Below are positions 9,709 through 17,920 of a stretch of DNA of 64,000 nt, piece by piece. Within the stretch, counting starts at the first letter, position 1. The number at the start of each line of letters is the position of its first letter. The position numbers and the translations under genes were made by a program. The stretch is from Erysipelotrichaceae bacterium (lineage in GTDB: Bacteria; Bacillota_I; Bacilli_A; Erysipelotrichales; Erysipelotrichaceae): positions 21,778 to 85,777 of the forward strand of contig JAFRVK010000030.1 in assembly GCA_017441765.1 (NCBI GenBank), written 5' to 3'. The notes beneath the pieces were generated by a model. That model saw only the letters and a program-made list of their open reading frames with translations. It did not search any database and had not been told where the DNA came from.

Positions 9709-9852
9709 TGGCTCAAACATCAGGGAGATTGAAATGAAAAAACTTTTACGGTTTCATCTTAACAGATGATTGTGAAACAATGGTGATAATTCATGGGGCG
9801 CTCAAAAGGAATCGCAGGCATGCGTATGCAACATATTGTATAATAGTAGGGT

Positions 9853-11565
9853 ATGAAACCGATTATTTCTTTTAAAGATTTTTCTTTTCAGTACAATGCC
9901 CAGAAACAGCCGACTCTGAAGCACATCGATCTGGACATCTATCCCGGAGAGAAGATCCTGATCTGCGGAGCGAGCGGTTCCGGCAAGAGCACGCTGGGCA
10001 ACTGCATCAATGGCCTGATCCCTTTTTCCTATGAAGGGAAGATGGAAGGCGAACTGACAGTGGACGGGATCACGACAAAGGATTCTTCCATTTTTGAACT
10101 GTCGACCAGAGTAGGCACGGTCCTGCAGGATCCGGATGGGCAGTTTGTCGGACTGACGGTCGCAGAAGATATCGCTTTCGCTTTGGAGAACGACTGCGTC
10201 GAGCAGGACGCGATGAAGCGTCAGATCATGGAAGCGGCCGGAAAAGTCGGCATCGAAGACCATATGAGCAAAGCTCCGTATGACCTTTCCGGCGGACAGA
10301 AACAGCGGGTCTCCATGGCAGGCGTCATCGTTGACGATGTCAAGATACTGCTGTTTGACGAACCGCTGGCCAATCTTGACCCTTATACAGGCAAGACCGC
10401 AATCGAACTGATCGATCTGATCAAGAAACAGACCGATACCACAGTCCTTATCATCGAGCATCGTATCGAGGATGTCCTGTGGGAGAAAGTCGATCGCATC
10501 ATTCTGATGGACGACGGAAGGATCGTTTCCGATACGAAACCGGAAGAACTGCTGCGCAGCGATCTGCTGAGCAGATACGGGATCAGGGAACCCCTGTATC
10601 TGACCCAGCTCAAATATGCCGGAGTCGATGTGAACAAGGTCGAGGGCATCGATAATATCAAAGATCTTGTTCTGAAAGAAAACGACAAGAAAAAGATACG
10701 CAACTGGTATGAAGCCCAAAGCAAACCTGAGCGCATCAATGATAACGATTATATCCTTGAAGTCGAACATGTGGATTTTGCCTACGACAACAGCGAACAG
10801 ATCCTTTTCGATGTTTCCTTCAAGGTGAGACAGGGGGAGATGCTGGCGATCGTCGGCAAGAACGGCGCAGGCAAATCGACCATGTGCAAGGTCATCTGCG
10901 GTTTCGAAAAGAACAGGACCGGCAGGATCCTCTTTAAAGGCGAAGATATCACCCAGTCCAGCATCCGTGCCCGCGCTTCCCATATCGGCTATGTCATGCA
11001 GAACCCGAACCAGATGATCTCCCAGGCGATGATCTTCGACGAAGTGGCCATGGGTATCCGCAATCTGGGACTGAGTGAAGAGGAGCTGCAGGAGCGGGTC
11101 TATAATACATTGAAGATCTGCGGTCTGTATGAATTCCGCAACTGGCCGATATCCGCCCTGAGTTTCGGACAGAAGAAACGTGTCACCATCGCATCCATCC
11201 TGGTCATGGGACCGGAAGTGGTGATGCTGGATGAACCGACGGCAGGACAGGATCTCAGGCACTACACCGAGATCATGGAGTTCCTGAAAGAACTGAATGA
11301 AAAAGGCATCACGATCATCCTGATCACGCACGACATGCATCTGATGCTGGAATATACCGATCGCTCCATCGTCTTTACCGATGGCCGTATCGTTGCGGAC
11401 AAGTCAGGATCTGCTGTCCTTTGCGACAGGGAACTGATACAGAAAGCCGCTTTGAAGGAAACATCGCTTTTCTACATCGCGGAAATGGTAGGGATCATTG
11501 ATCCTGTAGACTTTGTCGATTGTTTCATCGACTGTGACAGAAAGGAGCGGGACCGTGGCAACTAA
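9853..11565 (+). CDS. ECF transporter fused double ATPase (EcfA1-EcfA2 type)
   Basis: Two ABC cassettes. First: GASGSGKST / LSGGQKQRVSMAGV / LLFDEPLANLD. Second: GKNGAGKST / LSFGQKKRVTIASI / VMLDEPTAGQD. Confidence 0.9.
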   Translation: MKPIISFKDFSFQYNAQKQPTLKHIDLDIYPGEKILICGASGSGKSTLGNCINGLIPFSYEGKMEGELTVDGITTKDSSIFELSTRVGTVLQDPDGQFVGLTVAEDIAFALENDCVEQDAMKRQIMEAAGKVGIEDHMSKAPYDLSGGQKQRVSMAGVIVDDVKILLFDEPLANLDPYTGKTAIELIDLIKKQTDTTVLIIEHRIEDVLWEKVDRIILMDDGRIVSDTKPEELLRSDLLSRYGIREPLYLTQLKYAGVDVNKVEGIDNIKDLVLKENDKKKIRNWYEAQSKPERINDNDYILEVEHVDFAYDNSEQILFDVSFKVRQGEMLAIVGKNGAGKSTMCKVICGFEKNRTGRILFKGEDITQSSIRARASHIGYVMQNPNQMISQAMIFDEVAMGIRNLGLSEEELQERVYNTLKICGLYEFRNWPISALSFGQKKRVTIASILVMGPEVVMLDEPTAGQDLRHYTEIMEFLKELNEKGITIILITHDMHLMLEYTDRSIVFTDGRIVADKSGSAVLCDRELIQKAALKETSLFYIAEMVGIIDPVDFVDCFIDCDRKERDRGN

Positions 11566-12388
11566 AGTACTGAACTATATCCCGAAAGAAAGCTTTATCC
11601 ATGGGCTTTCCGGAACCACGAAACTGATCATCTTCCTGACTTTTTCCGTTCTTTGCGGTCTTTCTTTCGATACGAGAGTCTTGCTGTTCCTGCTGTTATT
11701 GTCGTTTATCGGTTTCTCTTTGAGCAATATCAGACTTTCCGAGATCCGGCTGATGAGCACCTTTCTGATCATCTTCTTGGTGATGAATTTCATATTGCTG
11801 TTCCTGTTCAATCCGGAATACGGTCCTGAACTGTACGGTTCAAGAACGGTGCTGTTCCATCTGTTTGGCAGATACGATGTGACCATGGAACAGATGTTCT
11901 ATCAGTTCAATGTCTCCCTGAAATATGTCATCGGCTTCCCGATCGCGATCCTGTTCATTTCCACGACGAATCCGAGTGAATTTGCTTCTTCACTGTCACA
12001 GATCGGCGTGCCTTACAGGATCAGCTATTCCGTGTCTCTGGCGTTGAGATACATCCCGGATATTCAGCAGGATTACCATGAGATCGCACAGTCCCAGGAA
12101 GCCAGAGGCGTCGCCTTAGGCAAAGATGTCAAGTTCTTTGAACGGCTGAAGAATTCTGCCAAGATCCTGCTTCCGCTGGTTCTCACCAGCCTGAACCGTA
12201 TCGATGACATTTCCAATTCGATGCAGCTGAGAAGTTTCGGCAAGCACAAGAAGAGGACCTGGTTCACCAAGAAAAAAATGACAGCTGCGGATTACAGCGT
12301 CATTGCGTTCTGTATCATATTGTTTGTGGTGGGTATGATCATCACCAATCAAGGCGGGAATAACCTTTATAATCCTTTTGTGAGGTAA
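11555..12388 (+). CDS. ECF transporter transmembrane (T) component
   Basis: GTG 11555 lies 7 nt after AAAGGAG and overlaps the ATPase stop. Multi-TM protein with the EcfT-type Ala-Arg-Gly region (QSQEARGVALG). Confidence 0.8.
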   Translation: MATKVLNYIPKESFIHGLSGTTKLIIFLTFSVLCGLSFDTRVLLFLLLLSFIGFSLSNIRLSEIRLMSTFLIIFLVMNFILLFLFNPEYGPELYGSRTVLFHLFGRYDVTMEQMFYQFNVSLKYVIGFPIAILFISTTNPSEFASSLSQIGVPYRISYSVSLALRYIPDIQQDYHEIAQSQEARGVALGKDVKFFERLKNSAKILLPLVLTSLNRIDDISNSMQLRSFGKHKKRTWFTKKKMTAADYSVIAFCIILFVVGMIITNQGGNNLYNPFVR

Positions 12389-12390
12389 CG

Positions 12391-13233
12391 ATGAAAAAGA
12401 TGCTTGTTGTTCAGACAGATTTTACTTATAAAGAAGGCGCAGTAGCGGCCATGTACGGCGTGATCAAGAGTGTCGATCCGGATATCGAGATCATCACGGC
12501 GACACATGAGATCCCGCAGTATGATACCTGGTCTGCTTCCTATCGCCTGTATCAGTATATCGATTTCTGGCCGAAAGGAACGATCTTCATTTCCGTGGTC
12601 GATCCCGGTGTAGGAACGGACCGCAGAGCCTGTGTCGCAAAGACAAGAAACGGCTACTATATCGTCACTCCTGACAATGGCTCATTGACCCATGTGGACC
12701 GTTATTTCGGGATCAAAGAAGTACGGCAGATCGATGAGACGGTCAACCGCCTGCATCGCGAGGATAACGGGGCCGTGTCGATCTTCCATGGCAGGGATCT
12801 TTTCGGTTACTGCGCTGCCAGACTTGCTTCCGGAATCATTTCCTATGAAGAAGTCGGACCGGTCTATGACGTTTCTGAGATCGTCCGGCACGACATCAGG
12901 GAAGCAGAGATCTTTGAAGACAGGATCGAAGGCATGTTCGAGATCAACGATCCGAATTTCGGCAATCTCTGGACCAATATCCTCTTAAGCGATTTCCTTA
13001 GGAAACACAAGATGGGTGACAAGATCCATACCGTGATCTATCACAATGAAGAGAAAGTGTTTGATGATGATCTTCCATACTACGATTCCTTCGGCAAAGC
13101 TCCGAAACACAGCGTCATGATCTATAACAACGAGATCAACAAGATGGGTCTGGCGGAAGTGATGGGCAATCTCTGCGAAGATTATCAGTTAGGCTATGGC
13201 GACGCATACAAGGCGGTGTTCTATGATGAATAA
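12391..13233 (+). CDS. S-adenosyl-L-methionine hydrolase (adenosine-forming), DUF62 family, paralog 1
   Basis: VVQTDFTYKEG, VVDPGVGTDRRA and FHGRDLF motifs typical of the DUF62 / SAM hydroxide adenosyltransferase family. Confidence 0.85.
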   Translation: MKKMLVVQTDFTYKEGAVAAMYGVIKSVDPDIEIITATHEIPQYDTWSASYRLYQYIDFWPKGTIFISVVDPGVGTDRRACVAKTRNGYYIVTPDNGSLTHVDRYFGIKEVRQIDETVNRLHREDNGAVSIFHGRDLFGYCAARLASGIISYEEVGPVYDVSEIVRHDIREAEIFEDRIEGMFEINDPNFGNLWTNILLSDFLRKHKMGDKIHTVIYHNEEKVFDDDLPYYDSFGKAPKHSVMIYNNEINKMGLAEVMGNLCEDYQLGYGDAYKAVFYDE

Positions 13234-14062
13234 ACTATTGGTATTTCAGACGGACTTCGGTCTGGATGACGGTTCGATCAGCGCGATGGAAGGAGTCGCC
13301 TTCAGTGTCGACTTCGATCTGAATATCCGTCATCTGACGCACAATATTCCCCAGTACAATATTTTTGATGCTTCCTATCGTCTGTATCAGGCCATCAATT
13401 ACTGGCCTTCAGGGACCGTTTTTGTGTCTGTCGTCGACCCTGGCGTGGGTTCTGACCGCAAAGCGGTCGTAGCAAAAACAAAGAACGATTATTATATCGT
13501 CACACCGGACAACGGAACACTGACACACATCGACCGTTTCCTGGGAATCGAAGAGCTCAGAGAAATCGATGAAAAAAGAAACCGTCTGGCAGGATCCGAA
13601 CTGTCCTATACGTTCCACGGCAGAGACGTCTTTGCCTATACGGGAGCCAGACTTGCTTCCGGGAAGATCTCATTTGAAGAAGTCGGACCTCAGGTCGATC
13701 TTGACGATATGGTCCGTCTGGAACTTTATGGCTGCCATCCGATCGAAAACGGCGTCATGGGACAGATCGATATCCTGGATGTCCGTTTCGGTTCTCTGTG
13801 GACCTCGATCTCCTATGATGATTTCATCAACTGCGGTTTCAGGATCGGCGACGACATCCTGGTGGAGATCTTCCACAACGACCGCAAAGTCTATTCCAAC
13901 CGGATCAACTACGGGAAATCCTTCGCGGATGTCGCCATCAGCGAACCGCTGATCTATATGAATTCTGCCTATCATATGGCAGTCGCGATCAACCAGGGAT
14001 CTTTCTCCAAAGCCTACGGCATCGGTGTAGGTTCCAAATGGAAGATCACCATGACCAGATGA
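13223..14062 (+). CDS. S-adenosyl-L-methionine hydrolase (adenosine-forming), DUF62 family, paralog 2
   Basis: VFQTDFGLDDG, VVDPGVGSDRKA and FHGRDVF. The start ATGATG overlaps the paralog-1 stop. The track start at 13196 adds a non-homologous extension. Confidence 0.85.
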   Translation: MMNKLLVFQTDFGLDDGSISAMEGVAFSVDFDLNIRHLTHNIPQYNIFDASYRLYQAINYWPSGTVFVSVVDPGVGSDRKAVVAKTKNDYYIVTPDNGTLTHIDRFLGIEELREIDEKRNRLAGSELSYTFHGRDVFAYTGARLASGKISFEEVGPQVDLDDMVRLELYGCHPIENGVMGQIDILDVRFGSLWTSISYDDFINCGFRIGDDILVEIFHNDRKVYSNRINYGKSFADVAISEPLIYMNSAYHMAVAINQGSFSKAYGIGVGSKWKITMTR

Positions 14063-14104
14063 TTTAACAATTCTTTCACAAGCAACTGGTATACTGTTTT
14101 TCAA

Positions 14105-14126
14105 ATCATAAAAATGTTTTTATGAT
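14105..14126. promoter_or_regulatory. Perfect 22-bp palindrome just upstream of the SD of the 168-aa membrane protein gene
   Basis: ATCATAAAAA-TG-TTTTTATGAT lies downstream of an extended -10 TGgTATACT (14087-14095). It could be an operator or a 5'-UTR hairpin. Confidence 0.35.
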
Positions 14127-14141
14127 AGAAAGGAGGGCCTG

Positions 14142-14648
14142 ATGATCAAGAACAAAGATCTTGACAGTTTCGAACATGACGACTGGCTGAAAAAAGAAAG
14201 AGCCAGAGAAAGCAGGATCTCTGCCTGGGATTTTGATGACGCCAGAAAGCTGCGGCAGGAACACGAAGATGACTGCGATGCGAAAGATGTCGCCCAGACA
14301 CATCGTGTCAGACATGCCCGTTCCAACATGATGAACGATCATACCTTATCACGGATCAACGGTTCATCGACAACCGCGAACGATATCGTGTGGTTCATCA
14401 TCGATTTCATCGCTCTGTTTATCCTGATCTTCCTTAATACCATGATGTTCAGGCATTGGCAGTTCTATTGGCCGATCATCATCCTGTTCCTGGGAATCAA
14501 CCCGGGAATCTTCGTCTGGCTTGGGCTGTTCAAGCGTTTCCCGCCGGCGAAATACAGCAAGTGCCTGTTGTTTACCGCGATCCTCATTGAAGCGGTCGGA
14601 TTCCTATACTATTTTGTCTATTATCACGGTTATTACTATTTCTTCTAG
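14142..14648 (+). CDS. Hypothetical membrane protein (charged N-terminus, 3-4 TM, Tyr-rich tail) preceding an SPFH gene
   Basis: AAAGGAGGG SD. Hydrophobic C-terminal half. No family recognised. Confidence 0.5.
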   Translation: MIKNKDLDSFEHDDWLKKERARESRISAWDFDDARKLRQEHEDDCDAKDVAQTHRVRHARSNMMNDHTLSRINGSSTTANDIVWFIIDFIALFILIFLNTMMFRHWQFYWPIIILFLGINPGIFVWLGLFKRFPPAKYSKCLLFTAILIEAVGFLYYFVYYHGYYYFF

Positions 14649-14661
14649 GAGGTAAAGAAAA

Positions 14662-15546
14662 ATGATGTATTTTATTATTGCTGCTTTTATCATTCTACTG
14701 ATCCTGATGATCCTTTTGTCATGCATCAGCATCGTTCCGCAGGGCAATGCCTGGGTCATGGAACGCCTGGGTAAATATTCCGATACCTGGAAAGCAGGCA
14801 TGCATCTCAAGACGCCTGTACTTGAAAGAGTCGTCCGTAAGATCTCTTTAAAGGAACAGGTTGCCGACTTCGAACCGCAGTCGGTCATTACGAAAGATAA
14901 CGTTACGATGAACGTCGATTCCGTCGTCTATTTCCAGGTCATCGATCCGAAAGCTCTGACCTATGGCGTTGAGCGTCCGATCGCGGCGATCGAAAATCTC
15001 TGTGCGACCACATTGAGAAACATCATCGGTTCCATGACACTGGATGAAACGCTGACTTCAAGAGAAAAGATCAACAACGAAACGATCAAAGTCCTGGATG
15101 AAGCCACCAACAAGTGGGGCATCGATATCACCCGTGTCGAGGTCCAGAACATCACGCCACCGAAGTCCATTCAGGAAGCGATGGAGAAGCAGATGAAGGC
15201 TGAACGTGAAAAGAGAGCGGTCATCCTGACGGCAGAAGGCGAGAAGCAGTCTGCGATCACCAGAGCGGAAGGTGAAAAAGAATCTGCGATCCTGAGAGCG
15301 GATGCAGTCAGAGAAGAAAGGATCAGGACTGCGCAGGGTGAAGCGGAAGCGATCAGAGCCGTTGCGGAAGCACAGGCAAAAGCCATCGAGATGGTCAACA
15401 GCGTCCATCCTTCGAAAGAGTATCTTTCCATCCGGTCCATGGAAGCGGCTGAAAAAATGGCTGACGGTCAGTCAACCAAGATCATCGTTCCATCCGATCT
15501 GCAGGATATCGCTTCTTTAGCGACGATCTTTAAAGAAAGCAAGTAG
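14662..15546 (+). CDS. SPFH/band-7 (stomatin-like) membrane protein
   Basis: N-terminal TM, SPFH core (VPQGNAWVMERLGKY...ITKDNVTMNVDSVVYFQVIDP), and an Ala/Glu-rich coiled-coil tail. Confidence 0.9.
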   Translation: MMYFIIAAFIILLILMILLSCISIVPQGNAWVMERLGKYSDTWKAGMHLKTPVLERVVRKISLKEQVADFEPQSVITKDNVTMNVDSVVYFQVIDPKALTYGVERPIAAIENLCATTLRNIIGSMTLDETLTSREKINNETIKVLDEATNKWGIDITRVEVQNITPPKSIQEAMEKQMKAEREKRAVILTAEGEKQSAITRAEGEKESAILRADAVREERIRTAQGEAEAIRAVAEAQAKAIEMVNSVHPSKEYLSIRSMEAAEKMADGQSTKIIVPSDLQDIASLATIFKESK

Positions 15547-16029
15547 CTATTTTTTAAACAGCACGATTTTTGGAGCCAGTATCACACCGATACAAAGCGC
15601 TATGCCATCCGCAAGGAATGCCACAAGATTGCTGGTGAACTTGGCATAGAACGGCCAGTGATACATCCAGATCTCCAGTGCTGTTTTTATCACAGCGATG
15701 CCGATAAAGACCGCGATCAGACTGATCAATACTTTCAGAAACAGATTTTTCGTACGAGGCAGGAGATAGCCAAGAGACAGTCCGATGAAAGCCTGTCCGA
15801 TGGCCCAGGCGATTGGAAGCGAACCGCCTTTGAGCAGATTGGAAATGATGCAGCCTGCCACACCGACAATGGTTGCGGAAGGGCCCAGACCTTCAAGCAG
15901 GACTCCGAATACGATGTATCCGAGATCCAGCTTGATCCTGCTGATCAAAGGAATGATCACGACAGTCGACAGGACCACATACAAGGCGATCCCAATGCCA
16001 AGTAATGCTGTTTTACGTTGACGATTCAT
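15547..16029 (-). CDS. Small polytopic membrane protein, ECF S-component-like
   Basis: A 160-aa product with 5-6 TM from MNRQRKTALLGIGIALYVV. TATAAT sits 6 nt upstream of this ATG. The longer track ORF (to 16119) overlaps the divergent gene. Confidence 0.5.
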   Translation of the reverse strand: MNRQRKTALLGIGIALYVVLSTVVIIPLISRIKLDLGYIVFGVLLEGLGPSATIVGVAGCIISNLLKGGSLPIAWAIGQAFIGLSLGYLLPRTKNLFLKVLISLIAVFIGIAVIKTALEIWMYHWPFYAKFTSNLVAFLADGIALCIGVILAPKIVLFKK

Positions 16030-16063
16030 AACATCATTATACGATAGAAACAAAGAGGTGAAC

Positions 16064-17317
16064 ATGAACGAAATTAAATGTCCCAAATGCGGAGCAGTCT
16101 TCCAGATCGATGAAGCCAATTACGCTTCGATCGTGAAACAGGTCCGGGATCATGAATTCTACGACGAGCTTCATCAGAGAGAAAACGAGATGAAGGACCA
16201 GCTGAATTCCGCTGTCGAACTGACCAGGGCAAAAACGATCAATGACAATAAAGAAAAGGTTGCTGAACTGGAACAGACCATCATCTCCCTGCAGGCAAAA
16301 ATAGACAGTCAGGAAACCGAAGCCAGACTGTCGACAAAGGAAGCTCTGGACAAGGTGCAGAACGAACTGGCAAAGAAAGATCTGCAGATCAGGGAGCTGC
16401 AGTCGCAGCTTTCCGGAAAGGATACGGAATCCAGACTGCTGGTCAGCGAGGCAGTTTCGAAAAAGGATCAGGAGATCATGGAACTGAAGACCCGTTCCGA
16501 GGCCATGAAGGACAGCTATGAGACGAAACTGCAGGGAAAGGATCAGGAGATCGCCTTCTACAAGGATCTGAAAGCCCGTCATTCGACCAAGATGATCGGT
16601 GAAGACCTGGAACAGCACTGTTTCTATGAGTTCAACCGGGTCAGACCGTTATTCAGAAATGCCTACTTCGAGAAAGACAACGATGCTTCCCAGGGAAGTA
16701 AAGGCGATTTCATTTTCCGTGATTATGACGACGACGGAACGGAATTCATCTCGATCATGTTCGAAATGAAGAACGAACGCGATGAGACCGCGACCAAGCA
16801 CAAGAATGAAGATTTCCTGGATAAACTCGATAAAGACAGGAAAACCAAGAACTGCGAGTATGCGGTACTGGTATCTCTGCTGGAAATGGACAATGATCTC
16901 TACAATGAAGGCATCGTCGATATGTCTCACAGATACCCCAAGATGTATGTCGTACGTCCGCAGAATTTCATTCCGATCATCACGCTGTTGCGCAATGCCG
17001 CAATGAATTCCCTGTCTTACAAGAAACAGCTGATCGTCGCTCAGAATCAGGATATGGATTTCAAGAATTTTGAGCAGAACATGAATGATTTCAAAGACGC
17101 GTTCTCCCGCAATTACGAGCTGGCCTCCCGCAAGTTCCAGGATGCGATCGACGATATCGACAAGACGATCAAAGCCCTGGAAAAGACCAAGGCGGATCTC
17201 TTGTCATCCGATCGGAATCTGCGTCTGGCCAACGACAAAGCCCAGGATCTTACGGTCAGGAAGCTGACGAAAAACGCACCAAGCATTGCTGCGAAAATCA
17301 GTCAGGAGAACGACTGA
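16064..17317 (+). CDS. DUF2130-family protein: N-terminal zinc ribbon, long coiled coil, C-terminal PD-(D/E)xK-like nuclease fold
   Basis: AAAGAGG SD sits 5 nt before ATG 16064. CPKCG zinc-ribbon motif and a Q/E/K-rich coiled coil. GDFIFRDY...ISIMFEMKNE resembles the D...ExK nuclease motif. Confidence 0.75.
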   Translation: MNEIKCPKCGAVFQIDEANYASIVKQVRDHEFYDELHQRENEMKDQLNSAVELTRAKTINDNKEKVAELEQTIISLQAKIDSQETEARLSTKEALDKVQNELAKKDLQIRELQSQLSGKDTESRLLVSEAVSKKDQEIMELKTRSEAMKDSYETKLQGKDQEIAFYKDLKARHSTKMIGEDLEQHCFYEFNRVRPLFRNAYFEKDNDASQGSKGDFIFRDYDDDGTEFISIMFEMKNERDETATKHKNEDFLDKLDKDRKTKNCEYAVLVSLLEMDNDLYNEGIVDMSHRYPKMYVVRPQNFIPIITLLRNAAMNSLSYKKQLIVAQNQDMDFKNFEQNMNDFKDAFSRNYELASRKFQDAIDDIDKTIKALEKTKADLLSSDRNLRLANDKAQDLTVRKLTKNAPSIAAKISQEND

Positions 17318-17342
17318 ACATCTACCGAAACAGCGATTCAGC

Positions 17343-17372
17343 AAAGCATCGTCTGAATGGCGATGCTTTTTC
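17343..17372 (+). terminator. Intrinsic terminator after the DUF2130 gene
   Basis: AAAGCATCG-(9 nt)-CGATGCTTT followed by TTC. Confidence 0.7.
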
Positions 17373-17452
17373 ATGAATTGATCGACAGATAATGTTAGAA
17401 TAATGATAGATGAACAAGCATATAATGAATGACCGATCAGGAGGCCGTTTTT

Positions 17453-17902
17453 ATGGAAAAGATACTAACAAAAGAGATTTCAGGATTAGACCAGAGGTTT
17501 CATAAATATCTAAACGCCGTGACACATCTGGAAGATTATTTCAATCTGACTCAGATCCATGTGCTTGTCTATCTGGTGCGTCATATCGAGGAAGATGTTT
17601 GCCAGAAGGATCTTGAGATCGAAATGGGCCTGAAAAAAGCGACGATCACCGGGCTCATCGATGTATTGAACGAAAAAGGATTCGTATACCGGGTACAGGC
17701 AGAAGATGACCGGCGCAAGAACTATATCAAGCTGACACAGAAAGCGATGAATTATAAGGATGAGATCTATGCAAGGCTTCAGGAACTGAATGGAATCGTG
17801 AAAAAAGAGATCTCATCGGAAGAACTGGGAACGTTCTTCCGAACCATTGAAAAGATCAATAGAAACATGGATGACGCGATACAGCTCAACGAAAAAGGAT
17901 AG
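17453..17902 (+). CDS. MarR-family transcriptional regulator
   Basis: CAGGAGG SD precedes ATG 17453. Winged-HTH region (LTQIHVLVYLVRH...QKDLEIEMGLKKATITGLIDVLNEKGFVYR). The track start at 17429 lies only 2 nt after a TATAAT box. Confidence 0.85.
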   Translation: MEKILTKEISGLDQRFHKYLNAVTHLEDYFNLTQIHVLVYLVRHIEEDVCQKDLEIEMGLKKATITGLIDVLNEKGFVYRVQAEDDRRKNYIKLTQKAMNYKDEIYARLQELNGIVKKEISSEELGTFFRTIEKINRNMDDAIQLNEKG

Positions 17903-17917
17903 ATCACTATCCTTTTT
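17892..17917. terminator. Bidirectional terminator between convergent marR-like gene and pepC
   Basis: AAAAAGGATAG-atca-CTATCCTTTTT. Confidence 0.75.
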
Positions 17918-17920
17918 GTG

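Noticed and set aside
9731-9769. 11-codon ORF (MKKLLRFHLNR) with AGGGAG upstream, and a 16-codon minus-strand ORF near 49920-49970
   Set aside because: They are too short and featureless, and the second has no SD. There is no supporting context.
9802-11340. 512-aa ORF antisense to the ECF double ATPase
   Set aside because: This is a shadow ORF. The sense frame carries two complete Walker A/signature/Walker B sets. The antisense translation is low-complexity (D/F/I/H/Q-rich) with no motif, SD or promoter. It arises because TTA, CTA and TCA codons are rare on the coding strand.
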